This document shows positions 1 to 9,460 of a DNA stretch of 64,000 bases, piece after piece. The stretch covers positions 1,094,429 through 1,158,428 of the forward strand of contig OZ242283.1 of the NCBI GenBank assembly GCA_965207465.1. Reading direction: 5' to 3'. The notes beneath the pieces are model-generated. The model was not told where the DNA came from. It did no database searches and saw only the letters and a list, made by a program, of their open reading frames with translations. This DNA comes from Dehalococcoidia bacterium (GTDB taxonomy: Bacteria > Chloroflexota > Dehalococcoidia > Lucifugimonadales > JADFKI01). The position numbers and the translations under genes are program-made. Position 1 is the first letter of the stretch; every line of letters starts with the position of its first letter.

Positions 1-152
1 TAACGGAAGAAATCCAGCGGATATACTTCGAGGAAGACCCGGCAACGATAATGTACGGCTGGTTCAAGTTCGTGGTGGCAATGCAGGAGGACGTGCAGGG
101 TTACGTGCCGCACAAGCGCATAAGTATGCAAGGGATGTGGCTCGACAGGTAG
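1..152 (+). CDS. ABC transporter substrate-binding protein, family 5 (peptide/nickel type), C-terminal fragment entering from the left edge
   Basis: Frame 3 is open from the window edge to TAG at 150-152 (...IMYGWFKFVVAMQEDVQGYVPHKRISMQGMWLDR*). It lies directly upstream of DppB/DppC-type permease genes. Confidence 0.55.
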   Translation, partial: TEEIQRIYFEEDPATIMYGWFKFVVAMQEDVQGYVPHKRISMQGMWLDR

Positions 153-158
153 CGAGAA

Positions 159-240
159 CTGACATCGATACACAGGATGGACAGGATATGATGGATTCCC
201 GCTCCCTGCCTCCGCAGGGACATGCTTAGCGGGAATGACG
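159..240. repeat. Intergenic hairpin-repeat cluster (inverted M7 block plus M5-type nested hairpin)
   Basis: ATTCCCGCT (195-203) pairs with AGCGGGAAT (228-236), with an inner stem TCCCTGC/GCAGGGA. Positions 159-193 are the reverse complement of the ATCCTGTCCATCCTGT..ATCGATGT block also seen near 43446 and 46335. Confidence 0.7.
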
Positions 241-392
241 AGTAAGTTAGCGGGGGTGCGGCAGTTATGCGGCGCTCCCGCTTTTGAGCATCTGTATGTA
301 TGATACTGAGCAAGCAGGACCGAAATGGCAAGCGATCGGTCAGCACCTATCAGTAGCAAGTACGATATTCATTCACCATAGGACGGCATAGA

Positions 393-1334
393 GTGGCACG
401 ATACGCGCTTCAGCGGCTATTGGCGATGTTTCCGGTCTTGCTGGTGGTGGCCGTCGTTACTTTCTTGCTGATACACCTCACGCCCGGAGACCCTGCAGAA
501 CTAATGGCAGGAGACGAAGCCACGCCCGAACAGGTAGCAAAGATACGAGCGGACATGGGTCTGGACAGGCCGATGCACGAACAGCTGGTTATATATTTCG
601 CGGATATTCTGCGCGGGGACCTGGGCGAGTCGATATTCAGCAAATTCAAGGTTACGACGCTCATCGCGCAGAGGCTGGAGCCAACGCTGTTCATAGCACT
701 GTTTTCCCAGCTGGTGTCGATAATCATCGCCATACCACTTGGCATCCTAGCGGCGTGGAAGGCGAACACCTGGGTTGACCGCGTGGTGATGGTCGTCGCG
801 GTGCTAGGCCTTGCTATTCCGTCGTTCTGGCTGGGAGCGAACCTGATATGGGTGTTCTCGGTGAAGCTGCAATGGTTCCCTGCCATCGGGTATGTACCGA
901 TTTCCGAAGGCATAGTGCCCTGGATAAAGTCGATAACGCTGCCGTCAATATCGGTGGGGTTCATATCGGCGGCGCTGATAGCGAGAATGACACGGGCGAG
1001 CATGCTTGAGGTGCTGCGCGAGGATTATGTGAGAACTGCACGCGCCAAGGGACTGGGCGAGACGGTCGTGCTGCTGCGGCATGCGTTCAAGAACGCCTCG
1101 ATTCCGGTGGTTACCATCATCGGCATAGGTATCGCGGGGCTGGTGTCCGGTCTGGTGGTTACGGAGGCGATATTCGCGATTCCGGGTGTGGGGCGGCTGA
1201 TTGTGGATGCGGTAACACGGCGGGACTATCCGGTGATACAAGGCGTCATACTGATGGTAACGGTGGCGTACGTGCTTATAAACCTGATAGTTGACCTTAT
1301 CTACGGCTACCTAGATCCGAGGATAAGATACTAA
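393..1334 (+). CDS. ABC transporter permease, DppB/OppB type
   Basis: 313-aa ORF with a GTG start. N-terminus is typical of the family (RYALQRLLAMFPVLLVVAVVTFLLIHLTPGDP). EAA-loop-like ARAKGLGETVVLLRHAFKNASIPVVT. Confidence 0.9.
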   Translation: MARYALQRLLAMFPVLLVVAVVTFLLIHLTPGDPAELMAGDEATPEQVAKIRADMGLDRPMHEQLVIYFADILRGDLGESIFSKFKVTTLIAQRLEPTLFIALFSQLVSIIIAIPLGILAAWKANTWVDRVVMVVAVLGLAIPSFWLGANLIWVFSVKLQWFPAIGYVPISEGIVPWIKSITLPSISVGFISAALIARMTRASMLEVLREDYVRTARAKGLGETVVLLRHAFKNASIPVVTIIGIGIAGLVSGLVVTEAIFAIPGVGRLIVDAVTRRDYPVIQGVILMVTVAYVLINLIVDLIYGYLDPRIRY

Positions 1335-2242
1335 TGGCTATCGAAGAACAGCGGGTTGACGCAGGAGCGATAGCCCGGAGGAGCTTCTGGGAGCGCAATC
1401 GCGAGAGGCTGGTCGCGTTTCAGCGGCTACTGCGAGGCAATCCGAACATGGCGCTCGGGTTGGGGATACTGGCGATAGCAGTCCTCATAGCGGCGTTTGC
1501 GCCACTGATAGCCACGCACGATCCTCAGGCGCTGGACTCGTACAACAAGCTGCAACCGCCGTCTTCGGAGGCGTATTTCGGTACGGACCGGCACGGCCGA
1601 GATGTGTTCTCGCAGACGATATTCGGCAGCCGGTTGTCGCTCGCGATAGGCGCTTCAGTAACTATCGCAACAATCCTTTGCGGTGTTGTCATCGGCATCA
1701 CCGCAGGATACTACAAGCTGGCGGACGATATCGTGATGCGGTTTATGGACGGGCTGATGGCGTTTCCGTCGTTTCTGCTGGCAATCGCGCTGGTGGCGCT
1801 GCTGGGAGCGAGCTTCCAGAATGTGGTGATTGCGCTGTCGGTAGTGGAGACGCCGCGCGTGGTGCGTATCGTGCGGGGATCGGTGCTGAGCTTGCGGGAG
1901 CGGCAGTATGTGGAGGGCGCGTTGGCTGTCGGAGCGAGGCCGCTGCGGATACTATTCACGCATATCTTCCCGAACTTGGTCGCGCCTCTGACGGTGCAGG
2001 CTACGTTCGTGTTCGCGCTGGCGATTCTGGTGGAAGCGGGGTTGAGCTTCCTCGGAGTGGGAGTACCACCGTATATACCAAGCTGGGGAAATATGATGGG
2101 GGACGCGAAACTGTTCATGCAGCTGGCGGTGTGGACGATATTCTTTCCGGGACTGTTCCTGTCGCTGACAGTGCTTGGCGCGAATCTGCTGGGCGACGGG
2201 CTGCGCGACACGTTGGATCCGCGGCTGCGTGGGACTGGGTAA
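1334..2242 (+). CDS. ABC transporter permease, DppC/OppC type
   Basis: 302-aa ORF whose start overlaps the stop of the previous gene (ATG at 1334). Contains the GTDRHGRDVFSQTIFGSR motif typical of DppC/OppC permeases. Confidence 0.9.
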   Translation: MAIEEQRVDAGAIARRSFWERNRERLVAFQRLLRGNPNMALGLGILAIAVLIAAFAPLIATHDPQALDSYNKLQPPSSEAYFGTDRHGRDVFSQTIFGSRLSLAIGASVTIATILCGVVIGITAGYYKLADDIVMRFMDGLMAFPSFLLAIALVALLGASFQNVVIALSVVETPRVVRIVRGSVLSLRERQYVEGALAVGARPLRILFTHIFPNLVAPLTVQATFVFALAILVEAGLSFLGVGVPPYIPSWGNMMGDAKLFMQLAVWTIFFPGLFLSLTVLGANLLGDGLRDTLDPRLRGTG

Positions 2243-2276
2243 CAGGCATCGATGAATGGGCTGAACGGTATTACCT

Positions 2277-4430
2277 TCAGTTACCCGGCTCGATGATTTC
2301 GAGAAGTTGGTTGGCAGGGATGTTTTGGAGGGTTTGGGTTGTGCCGCTGGGCCAGCGGACTTCGATTTTTTCTACGTTCGCCACGCTGCCGAGTCCGAAT
2401 TCAAGGTTAAGGCTGTCCATTGAGAGGTAGCTGGAGCCTGCGATGACTTCCTGCACTTGAACGTGGGGTAGCGAGCTTCCGGGTGGCCGTGTAGTTACAT
2501 AGACGCGAGCGCCTATTGCGTCCGCGTTGCTTCGGGTGCCGTTGACTGCCATTGCGCCCTTTAGACGCAGAGTCAGCCAGTTGCTATCGCCGCCGCCGTT
2601 GAGCCAGACGAATATGGGACCTGGCGCGTCTCGTGTTGGCGCTCGACCAATGGCTGGATCGAACGGACCGGAGAAAATGGGACCGCTGCTGTTCGTTGCG
2701 ATGAGATCAGCGTAGCCGTCGCCATCCAGGTCGCCATGCGCAAGCCCCTTGCCGTTCTCGTGGAGGGCGGTGTCGATGCGTCGTATCTTGAGCAGGACGG
2801 GATCAGTTCTGGTAGCGTCATCGTCTTCCAGTCCGTCGTAGTTCACGCGGGATATATCGAGTAGGCGAGCGCGAACAGTGATGTCCTCGAAAGTGCCATT
2901 GCCGAGACTGCGAAGCATGCGGCCGGCTGCTGGGAATACCTGACCGCCGGGGCCCTCTCCCCTGCCCAGTGTGGAGCCGAGCCAGTAAAGGTCCTGATAG
3001 CCGTCGTTGTCGTAGTCGAAAAAAGTTGCTCCGAACCCGAAGTCATACGCTGCGATGCCTGTGGGTACATGGTGTGCCGTGTTGAAGACCGAAGAGTCGA
3101 GGGATGCGGGTGGAAGCCACGGGCTGGGAATTACGGCAGTAGTGGACGCGACATCTAAGAGGTCGCCACTGCCGTCGTTGCGGAGGAGGTAGTGGGCGCA
3201 GGTGCCCCAGTTGAATCTGACTACATACTCGCAGTTGCCGCGCGGCTTTTCGACCGGCTCTTGTAGCAGCGGATGGAATCCAATGTTGGTTGAGAATACG
3301 TCGAGATCGGCATCGGTGTCGTAGTCGCCAATTGCGAAGCCCATCCATGAGCCTGCCAGGTCTATGCCCAGTTCGCGCGCGACGGGTGTGAAGCGGACTC
3401 GTTCGGAGGTGGTGTCATTGCGGAACAGGTGCATGCGGTCGCCGTCGTTGGCAACGAACAGGTCGGGGTCTCCGTCATCGTCGTAGTCGAAGAAGACAAC
3501 TGCGTGTGTCTGTCCGGTCGGCTCCCCTGCCCGATTGCCCATATCATCCACGCTCGCCGGATTGTAGCCCTCGAATCTCTTGCCTGTAACAGGGTGCTCG
3601 TGGATGACGGGCCTGCCCTCCGGGTCGAGCATCCTAATCTGCGGACCTGCAACGCCTGCTTCTTGAGCAATTTCAGCAAAAGTGAGATCACCGTTGTTAA
3701 TGTACAACAGGTTGTAATGGCCGGGATGATTGTAGTCGGAAAAAGTGCGATAGTCGTCGTCCATCAGGTTGCCGACATATATGTCAAGCCATCCATCATT
3801 GTTGACATCGGCGCAGGCGATGCCGGTTGCGGAGCGTACATTCACGCCATCGTCGAATGCCGCCCGGGTTACGTCCCTGAAGCCGCCCGCGCGGTCGTTG
3901 AGAAAGAGGGTGTCGGTGTTCCCTTCCTGTGGTGAGCGGAATCCAAGTCCGTCATCGGGGTTACCCCAGGCGCCCACATAGAGGTCCTGATAGCCGTCAT
4001 TGTCTATGTCGCAGGCTACGGCGCCGGTGCTGTGGCTTTCGGTCGCCTGTACGCCCGCCTGAGCCGCAACGTCAACGAAAGTGGCATCCCCGGCGTTCTG
4101 ATACAGACGGTTCGGCTCGCCGCCGCGGGAGGTTACATAGAAGTCCATGTCGCCGTCCCGGTCGAAGTCGAAAATTGCCAGCCCCGGGCGGTCGTTCCAG
4201 AGTTGGAAATCGCCGCCTAGCGCGGTCTCGGCGACATTTGTGAACGGCACTACTTGCGTTGTGGGGGATGCGGCGGTTGCCGAGGTGCTCAGAGACTGTG
4301 CAGAATCAGAGGGCAATGGCGTCGGGGTAGATCGCTGTGTAAGGGATGCAATTTCGGCGCACGATAGGACCGGGAACAGCGAAATGGCTGTGAGGATGAT
4401 AGGACGCCAGATGTTGATATGCATAGACAC
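2277..4430 (-). CDS. FG-GAP/VCBS-repeat protein with C-terminal ASPIC/UnbV domain (CRTAC1 family), predicted lipoprotein
   Basis: 717 aa. Signal peptide with lipobox (FPVLSC). Multiple DxDxDGxxD FG-GAP calcium-binding repeats. C-terminus NWLTLRLKG...SNADAIGARVYV...GSSYLSMDSLNLEFGLG matches the ASPIC/UnbV pattern. Confidence 0.85.
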   Translation of the reverse strand: MSMHINIWRPIILTAISLFPVLSCAEIASLTQRSTPTPLPSDSAQSLSTSATAASPTTQVVPFTNVAETALGGDFQLWNDRPGLAIFDFDRDGDMDFYVTSRGGEPNRLYQNAGDATFVDVAAQAGVQATESHSTGAVACDIDNDGYQDLYVGAWGNPDDGLGFRSPQEGNTDTLFLNDRAGGFRDVTRAAFDDGVNVRSATGIACADVNNDGWLDIYVGNLMDDDYRTFSDYNHPGHYNLLYINNGDLTFAEIAQEAGVAGPQIRMLDPEGRPVIHEHPVTGKRFEGYNPASVDDMGNRAGEPTGQTHAVVFFDYDDDGDPDLFVANDGDRMHLFRNDTTSERVRFTPVARELGIDLAGSWMGFAIGDYDTDADLDVFSTNIGFHPLLQEPVEKPRGNCEYVVRFNWGTCAHYLLRNDGSGDLLDVASTTAVIPSPWLPPASLDSSVFNTAHHVPTGIAAYDFGFGATFFDYDNDGYQDLYWLGSTLGRGEGPGGQVFPAAGRMLRSLGNGTFEDITVRARLLDISRVNYDGLEDDDATRTDPVLLKIRRIDTALHENGKGLAHGDLDGDGYADLIATNSSGPIFSGPFDPAIGRAPTRDAPGPIFVWLNGGGDSNWLTLRLKGAMAVNGTRSNADAIGARVYVTTRPPGSSLPHVQVQEVIAGSSYLSMDSLNLEFGLGSVANVEKIEVRWPSGTTQTLQNIPANQLLEIIEPGN

Positions 4431-4530
4431 AGTTGTCCCATTATATCATTGACGCCTTACAATGAACGGGTGCGAATTTGGAGAACGGACGTGAATTCGA
4501 CATCGATGCTAATGACGGAAAGGATAGAGA

Positions 4531-6738
4531 TTGCGACTGGTTTCAATTGTTGTGTTGCCTTGTGTGCTGCTATTGGGGCTAGGGTGTGGCTTTCAGGAGC
4601 GCTTCGGCGCTTCTCCTTCTGCGCTAGAGACACACGAGACGGCAGATCTGTCTGAACATGCGGACCTCGCAGGGTACTGCGTGAATCTGCGAAACAGCAG
4701 CGATCCGTTCTTCGGGACACAGCAGTTCGAGAGGCTGACGTCAGAACTGGAGAATCCCACGTTCCCCACCCTATCGTGGCGTGTCAGCATAATTCGGGAA
4801 CTCGCGCGCAGCCATCTTCGGTTCGGAGACGCGGAAGACGCGATTCGCTTGTTGTCGGAGGCGCTGGATGCGGAAATGAGTGAGAGTCCGGAGGTTAGCC
4901 ACGAGTCTGAACTTCTGGAGGAACTCGCTATTGCAAGTATGAAGATGGGCGAACTGGACAACTGCGTCGGTCCTGACGGTCGGCTAATCTGCGCGCTGCC
5001 ACTGGACGACTCAGTTGTCCATAAGGACAAACGAGGCGCGAACGGAGCGGTGGACTTCCTGACGAAGCTGCTTGAACTTGAGCCGGACAACATTCGGGCT
5101 ATATGGCTGTTGAACGTGGCGCACATGGCGCTCGGCACCTACCCGGACGGGGTCAGAGGGGAACACCAAGTGCAGCCAGAGTCGTTTGAATCCGAGTACG
5201 AAATAGGCAAATTCGAGGAGAATGCGCCCGAAAGAGGGCTGTACGCGGTCAACACTGCCGGAGGCAGCATTATCGAGGACTTCGACAATGATGGATTGTT
5301 GGATGTGATGACTTCGACCTGGGACCCTTGCAGGCCCATCGCCTACTATCGCAATGCCGGAAACGGCACGTTCACGGATGAGACAGAAAGTGCCGGGCTG
5401 CGCGGACAACTGGGCGGCCTGAATATCACGCAGACGGACTATAACAACGACGGGTGGATGGATGTTATGGTTATGCGCGGTGGCTGGATGAAGAAACGTG
5501 GGCAAATGCGCAGGTCCCTGCTGCGGAATGATCAAGACGGCACTTTCAGCGATGTTACAGAGGCGGCAGGTCTTGCCAGGCCCGCGTATCCCAGTCAAAG
5601 CGCGGCGTGGGCAGACTACGATAACGATGGGGACCTGGACATCTTCTCGTGCAATGAGAGCATGCGGGAGGCGGGCGCCGAGTCCACCGCGCTGATGTTT
5701 CCTAGCCAGCTGTTCCGAGATGACGGCGAGGGACGTTTCAAGGATGTGGCAGATGAAGCAGGTGTGCAGAACTGGCGGCACTGCAAGGGCAGCGCGTGGG
5801 GAGACTACGACAGAGACGGCTATCCGGACTTGTACGTATCGAACTTCGGGGCTGAAAACAGGCTGTATCGAAACAACGGCGATGGCACATTCGAGGATGT
5901 AGCTCCGCCCTTGCGCCTGACTGAGCCGATTGACAGCTTCGCTACGTGGTTCTGGGACTATGACAACGACGGCTGGCCGGACATTTTCGTAGCTGGATAT
6001 GGAGAAAATATCGGCGACGTGGCGAAGGACAGAATTGGACTGGAGAACGACGGGCCTCGGCCACGTCTCTATAGAAATATGGAAGGAAATGGTTTCCAGG
6101 ATGTTACGCGCGAGATGGGATTATGGCATGTTCACCTTGCGATGGGAGCGAACTTCGGAGACCTGGACAATGACGGCTATCCGGACTTCTACCTCGGAAC
6201 AGGAGCGCCATCATACGACGCCATCGCTCCGAATGCCATGTACAGGAACAATGGCGGCAAAGGCTTTCAGGATGTTACCTTCTCAGGAGGGTTCGGGCAC
6301 TTGCAGAAGGGACACGGGGTGTCGTTCGGAGACTTAGACAAGGACGGGGATCAGGACATTTTCGTGCAAGTGGGAGGGTTTTACCCGGGCGACGGGTTCG
6401 TGAACGCACTATACGAAAATCCTGGGCATGGCAATAGGTGGGTGGCTGTAAGGCTGGTTGGAACGAAATCAAACCGTGCGGCTATTGGAGCGCGCATCAG
6501 GGTTGCAGTGACTGACCGAAGCGGAAGTATTCGGGAGGTGTACGCAACTGTGGGGAATGGGAGCAGTTTCGGCGCATCAACGCTGACGCAGGAGATTGGC
6601 CTGGGGCAGGCTGAGGAGATAGTCGAATTAGAGGTGCAGTGGGCTGGTAGCGATCTCTGGCAGCACTTCGAGGATATCCCGCTGGACCGACGCATTCGGA
6701 TTGTCGAGGGGGAAGATGGGTTTGAAATGCTGCAATAG
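4531..6738 (+). CDS. FG-GAP/VCBS-repeat protein with ASPIC/UnbV domain (CRTAC1 family), N-terminal helical (TPR-like) region, predicted lipoprotein
   Basis: 735 aa with a TTG start and lipobox LGLGC. Repeated DYNNDGWxD / DYDNDGDLD motifs. C-terminus GNRWVAVRLVGTKSNRAAIGARIRV...GSSFGASTLTQEIGLG. Confidence 0.85.
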   Translation: MRLVSIVVLPCVLLLGLGCGFQERFGASPSALETHETADLSEHADLAGYCVNLRNSSDPFFGTQQFERLTSELENPTFPTLSWRVSIIRELARSHLRFGDAEDAIRLLSEALDAEMSESPEVSHESELLEELAIASMKMGELDNCVGPDGRLICALPLDDSVVHKDKRGANGAVDFLTKLLELEPDNIRAIWLLNVAHMALGTYPDGVRGEHQVQPESFESEYEIGKFEENAPERGLYAVNTAGGSIIEDFDNDGLLDVMTSTWDPCRPIAYYRNAGNGTFTDETESAGLRGQLGGLNITQTDYNNDGWMDVMVMRGGWMKKRGQMRRSLLRNDQDGTFSDVTEAAGLARPAYPSQSAAWADYDNDGDLDIFSCNESMREAGAESTALMFPSQLFRDDGEGRFKDVADEAGVQNWRHCKGSAWGDYDRDGYPDLYVSNFGAENRLYRNNGDGTFEDVAPPLRLTEPIDSFATWFWDYDNDGWPDIFVAGYGENIGDVAKDRIGLENDGPRPRLYRNMEGNGFQDVTREMGLWHVHLAMGANFGDLDNDGYPDFYLGTGAPSYDAIAPNAMYRNNGGKGFQDVTFSGGFGHLQKGHGVSFGDLDKDGDQDIFVQVGGFYPGDGFVNALYENPGHGNRWVAVRLVGTKSNRAAIGARIRVAVTDRSGSIREVYATVGNGSSFGASTLTQEIGLGQAEEIVELEVQWAGSDLWQHFEDIPLDRRIRIVEGEDGFEMLQ

Positions 6739-6777
6739 CAGAGAAGGCCTATTGAATGAGGTCGAAGGAGGTGAAGG

Positions 6778-8553
6778 TTAATGCGCGCCGTCAACAGTAA
6801 CGGTTACAACGTCGATATCGTGATACTTCTGGTGCCGCACGGACGATGCATAGTGCCAAAGCAGACGATATGAGACTTCCCGTTCATCGGGCGCGGGAGG
6901 CAGTTCGCTCAGATACGCCATACTGTCTTCCATGTTGTTTCCTTCCAGCACTGTGACGAATTCCAACTCGGCAGTCAAGTCGCTCAGACGAGCGGACACG
7001 GCCATGCGGCGGGGTCCCGAGTCGGAAACTTCCGCTTCCTGCAGCAGAACGGCATGCGCTTCTTCGCCAGCTGCAGCAAGTCGTTCGGTGGCGTCGGTGT
7101 TCCATCTGCTAGCAGACGCGAATTCGCGCAGGAAGGCGTCTAGTTGAGGGAGAGCGCCGGGGCTTAGTTCGGCAGTCAGGCGCCTGCCGCGGGATCCTGT
7201 CAGGTCCATAAACAGCATCATCAGGATTGCTACAATCGCGCCCGCGGTCATGCCGTTACCAAGCAGCACTGCCCAGAAGCCGCTGAGCAGGTCTGAGAAG
7301 ATGACCTGGCTCTGAAAGCCAACACCAAGCCAGAACGCCAAGCCGATGACGGTCGCCTTCCGATGGTCAACGCCGTCCTGGATTATCATCCTCATGCCTT
7401 GCACGAACAACAAGGCGAGCAGGACGGTTATGTAAGCGGCGGCTACCGGTCCAGGTATAGCGATGAGAATAGCGGTCGCTTTCGGGAAGAAGGCGAGGAC
7501 AAGGAAGATCGCGCCGATGACCATGCCAACTCGACGAGATGCCACTCCGGTAACTTCGGCAAGTGAAACGCTGGAAGAGTAGGTTGTGTTGGGCAGTGTG
7601 CCGAGCAAGCCGGAAAGCAGGTTGCCCACGCCGTCTGCGTTGAGCGCGCCTTGCACCACTCGGAAGTCGGTCGCTCGATGATTGCGGCGTGAAACTTGCT
7701 GGATTGCCACACCGTCGCCAACGGTTTCGATTGCGCCGACGAGCGTAACGACGACGAATGCGGGAAGAAGCGCCCAGAACTCGACGCCGGGAGTGAGGTC
7801 AACGCCGGGCCACGAAGTGAACGGAACGCCTACCCAAGGCGATTCAATGACGGTGCTCAGATTATATAGACCGAAGGGGGCTGCCGCCGCGCATCCGACG
7901 ACTATGCCAATGATAGGTGACCAGAGCCGCCAGGATGGAGGTGCGCGCATAATTAGAAGCGCTATAACGGCAAGCGTCGCCAGGGCCGAGACGGGGGCGG
8001 CGATCGGCGACACATTGTCAGGGACCTCCTTTAGCGTGTCGAAGATAATGGGCATGACGGCTACGGCGATGAGCATGATGACCGTGCCTGAAACGACGGG
8101 GGTGAAGATGCGCCGTAGCAGCGACAGGCGGGATGCCAGCAGGAACTGGAAAAGGGATGATACGACAATTAGGCTTGCCATTGTCGCGGGGCCGCCCTCG
8201 ACAAGGGCGGTAACGCAGACCGCGATGAAAGCGCCGGATGTGCCCATCACCAGGACGTGGCCCGCGCCAATACGCCAGAAGCGCGCTGCCTGTAAGTAAG
8301 TGGAAACACCACTGACTATGAGGGCTGCGAAGATCGCCCAAGGAATGTAGCTTTCGGGTTGACCGGCGATACGGAAAACGATGACAGCGCCCAAGACGAT
8401 GCCGCCCAGGTTGACTAGTGCCGCCTGTATGCCGGTGCCGATTGCTACAGGCAGGGGCGGATTTTCGTCAGGCTCGTAGCGTATGTTGCTGTGGTAAGGG
8501 GTTGTTGACAAGTCGTTAAACCTCAGCTTGGCTCTGCCGTCTTCGGGGACCAC
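6778..8553 (-). CDS. NCS2 (xanthine/uracil permease) family transporter with a ~139-aa C-terminal soluble extension
   Basis: 591 aa and polytopic. Contains AIETVGDG and NADGVGNLLSGLLGTLPNTTYSSSVSLAEVTG, matching the NCS2 signature region. The tail (approx 6781-7197) is hydrophilic. The start overlaps the znuB stop by 31 nt. Confidence 0.75.
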   Translation of the reverse strand: MVPEDGRAKLRFNDLSTTPYHSNIRYEPDENPPLPVAIGTGIQAALVNLGGIVLGAVIVFRIAGQPESYIPWAIFAALIVSGVSTYLQAARFWRIGAGHVLVMGTSGAFIAVCVTALVEGGPATMASLIVVSSLFQFLLASRLSLLRRIFTPVVSGTVIMLIAVAVMPIIFDTLKEVPDNVSPIAAPVSALATLAVIALLIMRAPPSWRLWSPIIGIVVGCAAAAPFGLYNLSTVIESPWVGVPFTSWPGVDLTPGVEFWALLPAFVVVTLVGAIETVGDGVAIQQVSRRNHRATDFRVVQGALNADGVGNLLSGLLGTLPNTTYSSSVSLAEVTGVASRRVGMVIGAIFLVLAFFPKATAILIAIPGPVAAAYITVLLALLFVQGMRMIIQDGVDHRKATVIGLAFWLGVGFQSQVIFSDLLSGFWAVLLGNGMTAGAIVAILMMLFMDLTGSRGRRLTAELSPGALPQLDAFLREFASASRWNTDATERLAAAGEEAHAVLLQEAEVSDSGPRRMAVSARLSDLTAELEFVTVLEGNNMEDSMAYLSELPPAPDEREVSYRLLWHYASSVRHQKYHDIDVVTVTVDGAH

Positions 8554-9359
8554 CCCCCCTTGAACAAGGCAATCAAGGCAAATATCAGGGTTGCGAGCAA
8601 CGCCATTGCGGGGCCGGAGGGAAGATCGGCGTAGAAGGAAAGGTAGAGGCCGATTATAGCAGATGCCGCGCCTATGAGCGCGCCGATAAACATCATGCCG
8701 ACGAAGCGCTTCGCCAGTAGATAGGCGGCGGCGGCGGGTGTAATGAGCATTGCCATAACGAGGACTATGCCGGCTGCCTGTATGCCTATGACAATAACGA
8801 GCGCGAGAAGGGCTAACAGGACGTACTCGATAAGCGCAGTTCTGATGCCGACGACGGACGCTCCAATCTGGTCGAAGGTGGTATAGACGAGTTGACGGTG
8901 AAAGGCAGAGAGACCTAGCAGGACTAATGCTGTTAAGGCGAGAGAGACATAGACATCCGTCCGGGAAACGCCCAGCACTTGTCCGAGCAGCAGGTCTTCG
9001 ATGTTGACATTGACGTTGGTTGCCCTGGAGAGCATTACCAGTCCGAGAGCGAACATGCCGGCGAAGACGATGCCGATGGATGTGTCCTCGCTGATACCGG
9101 TTCGCCTGCTTACGGTGCCCATGAGCAGGGCGATGACGATTCCGGCTGGAACTGCGGCAAAGAAGGGGCTAATGCCGAGCAGGAAAGCGACGACCATCCC
9201 GGGGAGAACGGAGTGTGCGAGGGCATCCCCCATAAAGGCGCGGCCTCGCGTTACGACGTACGCGCCAAGCAAAGGACACATTACGCCGACAAGGACCGAA
9301 ACTATGAGGGCGCGCACCATAAAGCCATACTGGAACGGTCCGATTATATAATCAATCAT
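8523..9359 (-). CDS. znuB: Metal (probably zinc) ABC transporter permease, ABC-3 family
   Basis: 278 aa, hydrophobic and ZnuB/MntB-like (DALAHSVLPGMVVAFLLG). Lies in an operon with a ZnuC-like ATPase, a His-rich ZnuA and a Fur-family regulator. Confidence 0.8.
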   Translation of the reverse strand: MIDYIIGPFQYGFMVRALIVSVLVGVMCPLLGAYVVTRGRAFMGDALAHSVLPGMVVAFLLGISPFFAAVPAGIVIALLMGTVSRRTGISEDTSIGIVFAGMFALGLVMLSRATNVNVNIEDLLLGQVLGVSRTDVYVSLALTALVLLGLSAFHRQLVYTTFDQIGASVVGIRTALIEYVLLALLALVIVIGIQAAGIVLVMAMLITPAAAAYLLAKRFVGMMFIGALIGAASAIIGLYLSFYADLPSGPAMALLATLIFALIALFKGGWSPKTAEPS

Positions 9360-9460
9360 TCCTCGCTACCGACATTCGATTGCCTCGCAGAACCCGTCAT
9401 TCCCATTGCGCCACAAGACCGAAAGCCTGCGGTGAATCGCTGCTCGCTGCGCCCGCTGCT

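Noticed and set aside
9393-9438. Possible degenerate M5 repeat between znuC and znuB (CCCGTCATTCCC...GGTGAATC)
   Set aside because: Only the first ~12 nt match the family and the hairpin is not preserved. This is too weak to call.
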